This document shows positions 52,275 through 64,000 of a stretch of DNA of 64,000 nt, in pieces (position 1 is the stretch's first letter; every line of letters begins with the position of its first letter). The stretch comes from Chiloscyllium plagiosum. Lineage: Eukaryota. The stretch is from the NCBI RefSeq assembly GCF_004010195.1, contig NC_057719.1, forward strand, positions 13,175,277-13,239,276. The letters run 5' to 3'. The translations under genes were made by a program, and so were the position numbers. The notes beneath the pieces were generated by a model that had not been told where the DNA came from, made no database searches, and worked only from the letters and a program-made list of their open reading frames with translations.

Positions 52275-53040
52275 GCTCTGTGGTTAGCAGTGCTGCCTCA
52301 CAGCATCAGGTACCGGGGTCTGATTGCAGCCTCAGGCAACTGTCTGTGTGGAATTTGTATGTTCTCCCCGTGTCTGTGAAGTTCCTCTGGGTGGTCTGGA
52401 TTCCTGTCTAAAGATGTGCAGGTTAGGATTGACAGTGGGAAATGCAGGGTTAGGGTAGGTCTGGGCGCGCTCTCTTAGGAGGGTTGGTATGGACTTGATG
52501 GGCCAAATGGCCTTCTTTCACACTGTAGTGATTCTATGTAGGGAGTCCAGAGTTAAGGGACATTGTTTAATATGAGGCCACAGTGAATTTCTTGTTTCTA
52601 TATTTCTTGTCTTGAGTGGCCCTGGAGAAGGTTCAGAAAGGATTGACAATGATGATGATGCTGGAAATGGGATATGATAATATTTAAGAGTACTGAACCA
52701 CCTGGAGTTTTTATCTCTGGAAGAGAAGGCTGCAGAGATATTTAAAATTATGAAATGGTTTGATGGAGGGGGACACAGAGAAAATAGCTGTGGAGGCATT
52801 CAATACTGGCAGCTGTAAACATAGAATAGTCACAAATGAATTCAACAAGAAACTCAGCAGAAACCTCAGTATCTGGAGAGTAGCTGCTTATAAGAAGCAG
52901 CTGATTGAATAACATAGGTACATTTAAGGAGCAGTTAGACAAGTACAGGATAAAGGAATAGAAGGATATGCTGGTAGAATTAAACAAAGTTGGATATGAA
53001 GGGACAGATATGGAGTTGGGTTAAATGGCCTGTTTCATTG
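52275..53040 (+). mobile_element. HE1 SINE (52275-52537) followed by a degraded CR1 3' relic
   Basis: SINE head ggttagcagtgctgcctcacag; CR1-like LSLEEK relic. Confidence 0.7.
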
Positions 53041-53042
53041 CT

Positions 53043-53235
53043 AAAATAAAAGTAAATTACTGCGGATGCTGGAATCTGAAACCAAAAGAGAAAATGCTGG
53101 AAAATCTCAGCAGGTCTGACAGCATCTGTAAGGAGAGAAAAGAGCTGACGTTTCGAGTCTAACTGACCCTTTGTCAAAGCTAAAAAAAGGGCAGAAATAG
53201 GGAGGTATTTATACGAGGCTGAGAGAAGGTGAGCA
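53043..53235 (-). mobile_element. PLE pLTR (family C-like) with variant HHR core
   Basis: Minus strand gct-ttgacaa-agggtcagttagactc-gaaacgtc-agc. Confidence 0.7.
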
Positions 53236-53982
53236 TAGCAATAAAGAGATGATAATGACAGTGCATAGAGGGTTTTATTGCTATGCTTGCAACATGCAAG
53301 TTATCTATTGAGATTGCAGGGAGAACTGAACATGTTACATTTTGCACTACAATCCTTATACAATCTTGCCATTTACTGTACTTCACCTTTATACTGGACA
53401 AGAGTCAATTGTTGAAAACTGAATATATCTTTAATTTATGATGTATTCCAGTGGGAACATTGTTCCCATTTATTGAATTAACAACAATGTGAATTAGGGA
53501 ATACAATGCATGCTAGTTAATGACGATTTTGCTCATTTAAAAAAAAAACTGTATTTTTCAAATGTGGAATTCATTATTTCACTATCTGTGAATTAAAAGT
53601 ATGTAGTTCACTTGCTGTTTCATTTTAATTTTAAATGAAGGAGCATGGAATCCTAATTAGATTTCTCTGCCTGAGACTGAAATTGAGAATGAATTCCAAT
53701 GAGATATCTTGTAACACAGAGGCAATGATTGGCAGCTGGAATAAGCCAGGACCTGATCAGGAGCTGCCACCAGGGAGATTGGTTTTGAACTTATCCCAAC
53801 TGATTGCACCATCCCAGTTCAGAAGCACAAAACCTTGCAGAGTAGAGAGGTTTGTGGGTTAGCAAAGGGAATGGAGAGTGAATCTCATCAGATGACTTGT
53901 TCTGTTGGGCTAGGAAATAAAAGCCTGTTCTAAAAAGCCTCTCTCTCTCTCTCTCTCCCATTGACATCTTGATTACTCGACG

Positions 53983-54410
53983 GAAGTGGGTACTGCAGAG
54001 GCTGGAGATCAGAGTGGTGCTGGAAAAGCACAGCAGGTCAGGCAGCAGCCGAGGAGCAGGAAAATCGACGTTTCGGGCAAAAGCCTTTCATCAGGAATAG
54101 AGGCAGGGAGCCTCTGGCGTGGAGAGATAAATGGGAGGGGGGTGGGGCTGGGCAGAAGGTAGGTGAGAGTGCGATAGGTGGATGGAGGAAGGGGTAAAGG
54201 TGATAGGTCGGAGAGGAGGGTGGAGCAGATAGGTGGGAAGGAAGATTGACAGGTGGGACAGGTCATGAGGATGGTGCTGAGCTGGAAGGTTGGAACTGGG
54301 TAAGATGGGGGGGAGGGGAAATGAGGAAACTGGTGAAGTCCACACTGATGCCCTGGGGTTGAAGTGTTCCGGGGCAGAAGATGAGGCGTTCTTCCGCCAG
54401 GGTAGTGAGG
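53983..54410 (-). mobile_element. PLE 3' fragment (family B) with HHR at 54063-54098
   Basis: Minus strand attc-ctgatga-aaggcttttgccc-gaaacgtc-gatt. Confidence 0.9.
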
Positions 54411-55074
54411 GATTCTTTCCCATTGCAGCATAGGTCTGGACCCTGAATGAGGGGTGTTTTAGTTTCACTTTTGATTTTGAAATCCTGTGAAGTCCTTGGA
54501 ACAATGTTGTTGAGAAGGGAATGATAGATATCGTGAATTGGATTACCTCAGTAACCTCGAACACCAGGCTGACCCATCACAAGTACGGTTTGTTTGTCTG
54601 CAGGTCTCACTGCAGTGCTAAGTACTTTCTTTTACCCTGGAAATGCTTTGTTCACTTGCCATTGCCTTCAGTCAGAAGGACAAAAGCAACATCAATGTGG
54701 AAACACCATTATCTCCAATGTTCCCTCCAATTTCACAACTCCAAACCCCCTTATGTGGACAGTATTCCTTCCCCATGTCTGATTCGTAATCTTTCCCTAA
54801 TCCCAATATGGAAGAACTCTCAGCACAAGCACTGAGGGGAATGGGGAAGGTGAACATTTTCACCCTGTTTCCACTGTTATGATCTCAGCTGATACTATTA
54901 CCAAACAAGTCAGATCCCAGTCAGGAACCTGGCCTGAGAGATCATATTTTAATTCATGTTGGTTTTGACAAAGAGGTCTTTCACTGAAACATAAGTATGC
55001 AATGCTGCAAAGTTTGCTTCTTTTTGATTCATTCATGGGAGAAGAGCATCGCTGACTAGGCCAGCATTTACTGC

Positions 55075-55985
55075 CCATAAGACCATAAGATATAGGAGCA
55101 GACATTGGGCCATTCAGCCCATCAAATCTGCTCCACCATTCAATCATGGCTGGTAAGTTCATCAACCCCATTCTCCTGCTTTGTCCCTGTAATCCTTGAT
55201 TCCCTTGAAATCTCTCTCAGTCTTAAATATACTAAATGACCTGGCCTCCACAGCCTTCTATGGCATTGATTTCCATAGACTCACCAGTCTCTGGCTGAAT
55301 CTCCATTTTAAAGTGTCTTCCCTTTACTCTAAGGCTATGTCCTCGGGTCCGAGTCTCTCCTACCGATTGAAGCATCTTCCCAACATCTACTCTGTCAAGG
55401 CCATTCAGTATTTTGTATGTTTCAATTAGATTCCATCTCATCCTTCTAAACTCCATCTAGTGGAAACCCAGAGTCCTCAAATGTTCCTTACTTTTCATTC
55501 CTGGGACCATTCTCGTGAACCTCCTTTGAACCCACTCCAAGGCCAGTACTTTGTGAGATATGGGGCCCAAAACTGGGCACAATATTCTGAATGTAGTCTG
55601 ACCAGAGCCTTAAAGAACCTCAGAGGTACATCCCTGCTTTTATATCTAAGTCCTCTCAATAAATGCCATCACTGCATTTGCCTTAACCACTGACTCAACC
55701 TGCAAGTTTATCTTGAGAGAATTCTGGACAAGAATGCCCAAGTCTCTTTGCACTTCTGAATTTTCTTCCTATTTAGAAAATAATCCATGCTTTTATTCTT
55801 CCACTCAAAGTGCATGACCTGACACTTTCCCACGTTATACTCCATCTGCCACTTCTTTGCCGACTCTCCTAGCCTGTCCAAATCCTTCTGCAGCCTCCCC
55901 AACTCCTCAATGCTACCTGTCCCTCTACCTAACTTTGGATCATTTGCAAACATGGCCAGAATGCCCTCAGTTCCTTCATTGTCCA
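55075..55985 (-). mobile_element. CR1 3' part nested in a tRNA-headed SINE-like copy (about 55020-55075 and 55985-56520)
   Basis: FANDPKLG...WQMEYNVGKC; the SINE continues on both sides. Confidence 0.85.
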
Positions 55986-56227
55986 TTCCTAATTGCCCAG
56001 GGAGTTGTCAAGAGTTAACCACATTGCTGTATGGCTCGAGTCATTAGTAGGTCTGACTGGGTAAGGATGGCAGTTTCCGTCCCTAAAGGACTTTAATGAA
56101 CCAGATGGGTTTTTCCAACAATTTCCAATGGATTAATGGTCATTATTAGACTCAATTCCAAATTTTTATTGAATTCGAATTCCACCATCTGCTGTGGTAG
56201 GATTTGAACCAAGAACCGCGGAACATT

Positions 56228-56482
56228 GTAACAACCGAGAGAAATGTGGATGCTGTAAATCAGAAACAAAATCAGAAAGTGTTTGAAAAGCTCAGCAAGT
56301 CTGTAAGCATCTATGGAGAGAAATCCGAGTTAATGTTTCGGGTCGAGTGACCCAATTTCTGAACTCTGAACTCCTCAGAACTGAGGTTCTGAGGAAAGGC
56401 CACTCGACTGAAATGTTAACACTGATTTCTCTCAACAGATGCTGCCAGACCTGCTGAATGTTTCCAGCAATTTCTGTTTTTG
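56228..56482. mobile_element. Foldback PLE-derived insertion (family C) inside a SINE
   Basis: Inverted arms, about 39-nt tail on the left, TSD gaacatt (56221-56227, 56489-56495); HHR relic gttctgaggaaaggccactcgactgaaatgttaac. Confidence 0.8.
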
Positions 56483-57713
56483 CCCCCAGAACATTATTCT
56501 GGATTAACAGTCTAGTGATAAAGACAATAACACTGAATTTTATTATAAAAGGAATGATGGTAAAATAGAATAATCCAAACTACCTACCTATAAACACAAA
56601 TTCAAAGTATAATTAAACTCCAGTTAATCCCAAATTCTCCTTTATAAATAGAAAGAAAAAGACGGCTTTTTTATAGTGCACAAAACGCACCCCTGGTATA
56701 GTTCCCAGCACACCACTTGTATAATGCTTACACCAGAGACTCTTGGTTGGTCTGGGGGACTTGTGCTGCAACCTTTGGAAATGCTGGAGCTACCACATGC
56801 ACTGGAGCTTTACTGTACTCAGAGTTATGTATCCACATCATGGTGTTTTAACCCAACATTTCCAGGCTGAGGCTAATACTAACTTCTCATGCCAAGGAAA
56901 TTTTATTCACTATATCTATCATTCCCTCCTCTGGAGCACTACTCTACACAGCTATCTTTTCCAATGACTTCGCAGGACTGCCTCACTTAAAGTCAAAAGT
57001 GAAATTAACAGTCTCTCTCTCAGCTTAAGTTTTTTATAAAAAAGGAGACTCCAGAGCACTCCAACAAATCTTTGAGGTCCTAATATTTACCATGCTGGAT
57101 TTCCAAACAACTCAAAGTCCAATAACAATCCATAAGTACATGAAATCCATTCACTCTACAGCCAGGCTTTGAGAGCAGTTTTAAAAGTAATCACCATAGT
57201 TACAAAAATATTTACACACCTATTATTAACTTTCAACATATCTAAAAACCCACCAGTTACTAATTTAAAAACCAGCAACTCCAACTCACAACAAGTCAAA
57301 TTAGAATATGTAAATCCCACATTTTTACAACATACCAGGAGCAGTGCTATACCCATGTCTCTCCCAAGTTGCATTTCTATTGCTCCCACTAACAGATGGG
57401 CAGATATGGAGCCAGTAAACACTACAGAGAAACCCATAAAATAAAATCTTAGCTCTTTGTTTAAGGATTCATTCCTCAGTGGGTTTGTTTTTTTCTGTAT
57501 GTACATAGTATGTTAAACAATTGTGCTGCTGTGCAGTAAATGCCACACTCAGTCAGAAAAAATAAAGTCAGGACTCTATTACAAACATACAGGAGAAACT
57601 CAAACTCCTAATTCTCTCTCTTTCTCAAAGTCTCTGTCTTCCTTTCTGTCACTGAAAGTCTCTCAAAGCTGCTCACTAAATCCCTAAACCTCTGTTTTGT
57701 TCGCCGATTCGGA

Positions 57714-57750
57714 CTCTCTCTCTCTGTCTGTCTGTCTGTCTGTCTGTCTC
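57714..57750. repeat. (CT)n(CTGT)n microsatellite
   Basis: Direct reading. Confidence 0.9.
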
Positions 57751-57916
57751 CACTTCCTTGCTGTAAGATCAGGCAGAACAAGCAAGGTTTATTTATATCA
57801 AAACTCTCAGAAAAAAAATCGTTGATCTAGGGGTATGATTCTCGCTTTGTGTGTTTGGCTAGGTGGATGTGTGAGAGATTCTGGGTTCAAATCGCGGGCG
57901 AGCCAGTGTTTCTTGT

Positions 57917-58219
57917 GGGCGGCAAGATGGCACAGTGGTTAGCACTGCTGCCTCTCAGTGCCAGAGACCTGGGTTCAATCCCCACCTCAGGCAACTGTCT
58001 GTGTGGAGTTTGCACGTTCTTCCTGTGTCTGTGCAGGTTTCCTCTGGGTGCTCCGGTTTCTTCCCACAGTCCAAAAATGTGCAGGTTAGGTGAATTGGCC
58101 ATGCTAAATTGCCTGTAGTGGTAGATGTAAGGGAATGGGTCTTGGTGGGGTTGCTCTTTGGAGTGTTGGTGTGGACTTGTTGGGCCGAGGGGCCTGTTTC
58201 CACACTGTAGGTAATCTAA
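57917..58219 (+). mobile_element. HE1/V-type SINE
   Basis: A and B boxes, V-domain, taatct tail. Confidence 0.92.
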
Positions 58220-58479
58220 CACTGGCTTTAAAATATTCTAATATTATCCACCTGGCTCTCTCAGTCTTGGCAATTTCTTCTGAAATGCGTATCCAATCAG
58301 TTCTCACAGACAAGTAGACTTAACAAAGCTACAGAAGTGAATAAAAGAGAAAAATGCTCAAACTTCTGAACTACAGTAACTTCATCCCTAGTCACTCTAT
58401 TAACATAATTCTTTGTGCCATGCTCTCTGATGTCTGCATTGTCCTCCAGCTGTCTGCAGCCTTTGAAATGGTTGACCAT

Positions 58480-59222
58480 GGATGTTGGTGAATTCTCTTC
58501 TGGAGTACTGTGTGCAGTTCTGGTGACATTGTTACAGGAAGGTTATTATTAAACTGGAGAGGCTTCAGAAAAGACATTACCAGAATGTTGCCAGGAATGG
58601 AAGGCCTGAATTATAAAAATAGACCAGAAAGGCTGGGATTCTTTTCGTTGAGGTTGTACGAGGTTGAGGGGTAACCTTATTGAGGTTTTCAAAGTCACCT
58701 TTTTCCTACGGTGGGGGAGTTCAAAACCACTGGGCATTTTTTAAGGCGATATCATTGAAAAGCCCAGCACTGGTTTCTTCCATGTATGTGCTGACGCCTG
58801 CAGATTAATGAATATTCAGCAGAATGAATAATGTTGGTAAGTTGTAGTAATGTTGGTGTCATACTATGTTTATGGGGTGACATTGTGGGTCAGTGGGTAG
58901 CACTGCTGCCTCACAGTGGCAGAGACCTGGGTCCGATACCACCCTTGGGAGTGAGTCTGTATGCAGTTTACACATTGTCCCTGTCTCTGCATGGTTTTAC
59001 TCTGTGTGCTCAGGTTTCCTCCCACAGTACAAGGATATGCAGGTTCAGTGGATTGGCCATGGCAAATTGCCCATAGTGTTCGGGGATATGTACTTTAGAG
59101 GGATAAGCTATGGGAAGTATACAGTAGTGGGGGTGGGTGTGAGTGGAAGCTCCTCAGAGGGTCAGTGTAGACTCGCTGAGCCAAATAGTCTGCTTCCACA
59201 CTGCACGGGTTCTGTGAGTCTA
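58480..59222 (+). mobile_element. CR1 fragment (58480-58745) and HE1 SINE (58874-59222)
   Basis: LEYCVQFW...RMLPGMEGLNY relic; degenerate SINE. Confidence 0.75.
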
Positions 59223-59678
59223 TGCAGAGTAGGGTTCAGTGACCTCAGTTGGTTGGTTTGCAGAATGATGCCACCAGTGGGGGTTTCAATTCCTGCATTG
59301 GCTGAGGTTACCATGGAGGACTCTCTTCTCACCTGAGGCATGGTGACCCTCAGGTTAAACCTTCACCAGTTATCTCTGTATCTCCTGGGAGAACAGCATC
59401 ATGGCTACCTCATCTGTCAGCGATGAGTGAACTGGAAGGGAGAAGAAGCTTTATCAGCATGTTGAGACAATGTGCGCATGTATTAAGCTGCAAATAAAAA
59501 GATCTTGCAGAAAGCACCATTTTGGTAGATTAGAAATTCAGTCCCATGCACACGATACAACTGGCTGGCAGTGCGGATGGCAATGGAAAATTATGGGATA
59601 TAAGGGGCATTGAATGCAGCAATTATACTGAACCTCGCAGTCAAGAAGAAAAGGAGAAAGCTTTCCATGACTCACCGG

Positions 59679-59983
59679 GATGTGGAGTGGCACAGTGGTT
59701 AGCCCTGCTGTCTCACAACACCTGGAACCCAGGTTCGATCCCAGCCTCAGGTGAAATTTGAAGTTCGCCCCTTGTCTGTGTGGGTCCCCTTTGGGTGATC
59801 CAGGTTCCTCCCAAAGATGTGCAGGTAGGTGGATTGGCTATGCTAAATTGCCCATTATGTGCAGGTAGGTGGGTTACCATGGGAAAATGTAGGCTGACAG
59901 GGGTGGGTCAGGATGGGTTGCTGTTTGAAAGGTTGGTGTGGACTCGATGGGCTGAGTGGCCTGCTTCCACACCGTAGGGATTC
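59679..59983 (+). mobile_element. HE1/V-type SINE, degenerate
   Basis: tggcacagtgg and ggttcgatcc boxes. Confidence 0.8.
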
Positions 59984-60082
59984 TCCGTTGGGTAATGTTG
60001 CATGGAGGCTGGGAAGCAGAGCCAGAGTCTGAGCTGCAGTGAGTACTGACTGGAAGCTATAGGCACGGAGACAAATGCAGTC

Positions 60083-60620
60083 TGTTATGGACCAGGCCAG
60101 ACCCCCTGAAAAGGCAGATCTGAAGTGGATGTTCCAGGTGTGATGCAGCTGGGTCAAACCACTCCACTTTCAGCAAAACAGAACTTATTTAAACACAGCA
60201 GATGAAATATGGACAAAGGAAAGCAGTATTTAGAATAACTTAATTATTGGAAAACCTAACCCAATACAGAAACTAATACGAATTAACTGTTCCAATATAG
60301 CAACATTCTATAGACACATCCTTTGGCAAAAGCTAAATTCAATCACAGGTTCATACAGGCTGGAGGGAACAACATTCAAAGAGAGTTTTCAGAAGCAATT
60401 CAGAGGAATTCTTTGCTGAAGCTTGCAACTCCCCTGGGCTCTCACATCTTGTGACTGCTACAGCTAAAAACAAGCTCAAAGAAACCTAACTGGGAGAACT
60501 GGCCACCCCCCTCCCCCCTTCCATTGTTAAACTAGACCCTTCAGCCCCTCTGCCTTTACAACCTCTCTTGAAAAAAAAACAAGGACAAAATAAACTCTTT
60601 AATTTGACAGCATCATCATA
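60083..60620 (-). mobile_element. Solo LTR
   Basis: Starts tgttatggaccaggccagacc (inverse of the 16359 end); perfect 4-bp TSD agtc (60079-60082, 60621-60624). Confidence 0.75.
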
Positions 60621-60709
60621 AGTCACAGGTGAAGGAGTGGAACAATAGCACAGGCTGATCCCAGACTGGTCCAGGTGATGGACAAACCACACCGGACCCC
60701 AGGATGGGC

Positions 60710-61908
60710 ATAGAACCATAGAGTCATAGAGATGTACAGCATGAAAACAGACTCTTCGGTCCAACCCATCCATGCCGACCAGATATCCCAACCCAATCTA
60801 GTCCCACCTGCCAGCACCTAGCCCATATCCCTCCAAACCCTTCCTATTCATATACCCATCCAAACGCCTCTTAAATGTTGTAATTGTACCGGCCTCCACC
60901 ACATCCTCTGGCAGCTCATTCCATACACGTACCACCCTCTGCATGAAAAAGTTGCCCCTTAGGTCTCTTTTATATCTTTCCCCTCTCACCCTAAACCTAT
61001 GCCCTCTAGTTCTGGACTCCCCNNNNNNNNNNNNNNNNNNNNNNNNNNNNNNNNNNNNNNNNNNNNNNNNNNNNNNNNNNNNNNNNNNNNNNNNNNNNNN
61101 NNNNNNNNNNNNNNNNNNNNNNNNNNNNNNNNNNNNNNNNNNNNNNNNNNNNNNNNNNNNNNNNNNNNNNNNNNNNNNNNNNNNNNNNNNNNNNNNNNNN
61201 NNNNNNNNNNNNNNNNNNNNNNNNNNNNNNNNNNNNNNNNNNNNNNNNNNNNNNNNNNNNNNNNNNNNNNNNNNNNNNNNNNNNNNNNNNNNNNNNNNNN
61301 NNNNNNNNNNNNNNNNNNNNNNNNNNNNNNNNNNNNNNNNNNNNNNNNNNNNNNNNNNNNNNNNNNNNNNNNNNNNNNNNNNNNNNNNNNNNNNNNNNNN
61401 NNNNNNNNNNNNNNNNNNNNNNNNNNNNNNNNNNNNNNNNNNNNNNNNNNNNNNNNNNNNNNNNNNNNNNNNNNNNNNNNNNNNNNNNNNNNNNNNNNNN
61501 NNNNNNNNNNNNNNNNNNNNNNNNNNNNNNNNNNNNNNNNNNNNNNNNNNNNNNNNNNNNNNNNNNNNNNNNNNNNNNNNNNNNNNNNNNNNNNNNNNNN
61601 NNNNNNNNNNNNNNNNNNNNNNNNNNNNNNNNNNNNNNNNNNNNNNNNNNNNNNNNNNNNNNNNNNNNNNNNNNNNNNNNNNNNNNNNNNNNNNNNNNNN
61701 NNNNNNNTGTGAGACATGGTTTCCCAAGCACAAAGCCATGTTGACTATCCCTAATCAGTCCTTGCCTTTCCAAATACATGTACATCCTGTCCCTCAGGAT
61801 TCCCTCCAATAACTTGCCCACCACCGAGGTCAGGCTCACTGGTCTATAGTTCCCTGGCTTGTCTTTACTGCCCTTCTTAAACAATGGCACCACGTTAGCC
61901 AACCTCCA
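60710..61908 (-). mobile_element. Young CR1 LINE (RT to 3' end) spanning an N gap
   Basis: VVPLFKKGSKDKPGNYRPVSLTS...QHGF and the CR1 3' UTR. Confidence 0.93.
61023..61707. other. Assembly gap (N run)
   Basis: 685 N. Confidence 1.
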
Positions 61909-62489
61909 ATGAGGTGCCAGAAGACTGGAGGTTCAGACATGAGAGTTTCCAGGTTGCAGAACAGCTTCAGGCTCCCACAACAAAGGGCCAAAGAACTACC
62001 ACAAACATTCTAATTACACAACAGAATATTGATGTAAATGTGGCACCATATGAAGACTTATTAAGTCCATTCATTTCACATTTCAGCATGTCGAGAAATT
62101 TAACACAAGAAGGTATGAAATTTAATCAAAGGAGACACGGCTTCATTCATAATTAATGTCTACTGGCTGGCAGATGGGAGAACTGAAGGTGGGAAGAATT
62201 CACAAACAGATCTTTGAGATTCTGATGCGGTTTTGTCAAGCTTTTGTCAAGCCAGAGATGACTTGATGCCAGAAAGAGCACTACAAACTAATCACTGCAA
62301 ATTAATTACTGCAAACTAATCACTAGGCAAACCAAACTAAAAAAAACATGGTGTTTGCTTAAGGGGAACATAAGGTTCTATTGTTATGACGATGAGTCAC
62401 AGCCGCAGAATATTCCAGGCATTTTTTAACTTTCAATTCTAAACTGTGTTTTTAAAAGAAGACTCCTTCAGAGAACTTAGGAAAACCAA

Positions 62490-62860
62490 CCAGCTAGCTA
62501 ACTTGCTCCTAACTGTGCTAACCGGCCTCCTAACTCAGCTAACAAACTCTCTGACTCAGCTTAATGACCGTCAAACTGAACTAACTGGTCTCCTAACTGA
62601 ACTAACCAACTCTCTGAGCTAACTGACCCTCTAACTGAAGTGATTGATCTCCTAACTGAACTAACCAACTCTGTAATTGAGCTAACTAACCCTCTATCTG
62701 AGCAAACTATTCTTTTAATTGAGCTGACTCTCTAGCTCAGCTAATAATGTCTCTAATTTTGCTCACTGACCCTCTAGTTGAGCTCACTGACCCTCTAACT
62801 GAGCTAACTGACCTTTTAACTGAAATAACCTACCATCTAACTGAGATAACCGACCCCTAC
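62490..62860. repeat. Degenerate 21-bp minisatellite (ctaactgagctaactgaccct)
   Basis: Period 21 at 62761, 62782, 62803; built from ctaactga subunits. Confidence 0.85.
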
Positions 62861-63492
62861 CAGATGACACCACCACAAAGTTCCCACCTTCTCGATCTCA
62901 CCCATATGGTGATCCTCAGGTGAAACCACCATCTCTCTCTAATGAGAGAGCAAACCTATGGTCCTCTGGTTCTATGATGACTTTGCTCTTTACTACAGAG
63001 GCAAAGTAATTGCTGGTCTAAATTTAGTGACTTCAAAACTTCTGTGCGGGACTGATGGGAATGTAACACCTCGAGGGGTCAAAGAACCTTCAAGTAGACT
63101 TGGGTTATGATCTCTTGTGACTACAAAGACAACAAGTCACCAATGACTCCTATACAGTAACAAGGAACTCCCAATTGCAGATATTTTGATCTTTTTCCCT
63201 CCTCGAAGAATACTAAAGGATTGTAGTTTAAACCCAGTCTCATCACAACTGGTGTGTACTAGTGGGATTGAATGTTCTCCTGAAGGTTGGTATTCCGTAA
63301 CAAGTAACTGACCTCCCGAGTGCCTGTCCACCATCTTTTAGACACACATTTGGAATGTGATGGAATTACCCTCTGTTGCCTGGATGGGTGCAGCTCCAAA
63401 AACACTCAAGAAGCTTGACACCCACAAAAGGAAAAGATATTGACACCAGATGCACAAACATTGACCCCTTCTACAACCATCGCTCAGTAAGG

Positions 63493-63966
63493 AGGAGGCA
63501 GCGGCCTAGTAGTATTATCGCTAGACAATTAATCCAGAAACTCAGCTAAGGTTCTGGGGACCTGGGTTAGAATCCCACCACAACAGATGATGGAATTTGA
63601 ATTCTATATAAAATAATTTGGAATTATGAATCTATTGATGACCATGAAGCCATTGTCAAATGTCAAGGGAAAATCCTATCTGGCTTACTAATGTCCTTTT
63701 AGGAAAGAAACCTGTCATTCTTACCTTGGGCTACTTGTGACTCCAGACCCACAGCAATGTGATTGACTCTCAATTGCCCTCTGAAAAGGCCTAGCAAGCT
63801 ATTCAGTTTTACCAATAGTTACAAAGTCTCAAAGAAATGAAACCGGCTGGATCACCTGACATGGACCTAAGCACCCAGAAAAGGCAATGGCAGAAACAGC
63901 CCTGTCAATCCTGCAAAGTTCTCCTCACTAACATCTGGGGGCTATTGCCAAAACTGGGAGAGCTCA
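63493..63966 (+). mobile_element. tRNA-like head plus SINE body running into an APE N-terminus
   Basis: A-box-like 63502-63512, B-box-like ggttagaatcc 63565-63575; LTNIWGLLPKLGEL at 63924-63965. Confidence 0.7.
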
Positions 63967-64000
63967 ACATCAGCATTACCGACCGAGCTGATCAGGTCCT

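Noticed and set aside
60798..61902. ORFs of 237-313 aa
   Set aside because: Read-through of the N gap.

Overview
Repeat-rich vertebrate DNA, almost certainly elasmobranch (shark): tRNA-derived HE1/V-type SINEs, CR1-clade LINE relics and Penelope-like elements (PLEs) dominate. I recognise no host protein-coding exon; every interpretable ORF is a retroelement relic (SGNH esterase, APE, RT, GIY-YIG). Other contents are Tigger/pogo-like MITEs, solo LTRs, two minisatellites, two N gaps and several TE-free islands that may be conserved non-coding elements. The strongest signal is a set of PLE-derived elements from three families carrying minimal type I hammerhead ribozyme (HHR) motifs. Many are short tail-out foldback insertions with 7-18 bp target-site duplications (TSDs), and one arm is usually about 34-39 nt longer than the other. 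They include a copy with an intact HHR on each strand (47461-47947), a perfect 78-bp hairpin (47006-47207) and a 92-bp HHR-only insertion (52134-52225). HHRs in PLEs are established knowledge; the miniature geometry and its mechanism are my inference. Coordinates were read by eye and old repeats have approximate boundaries.
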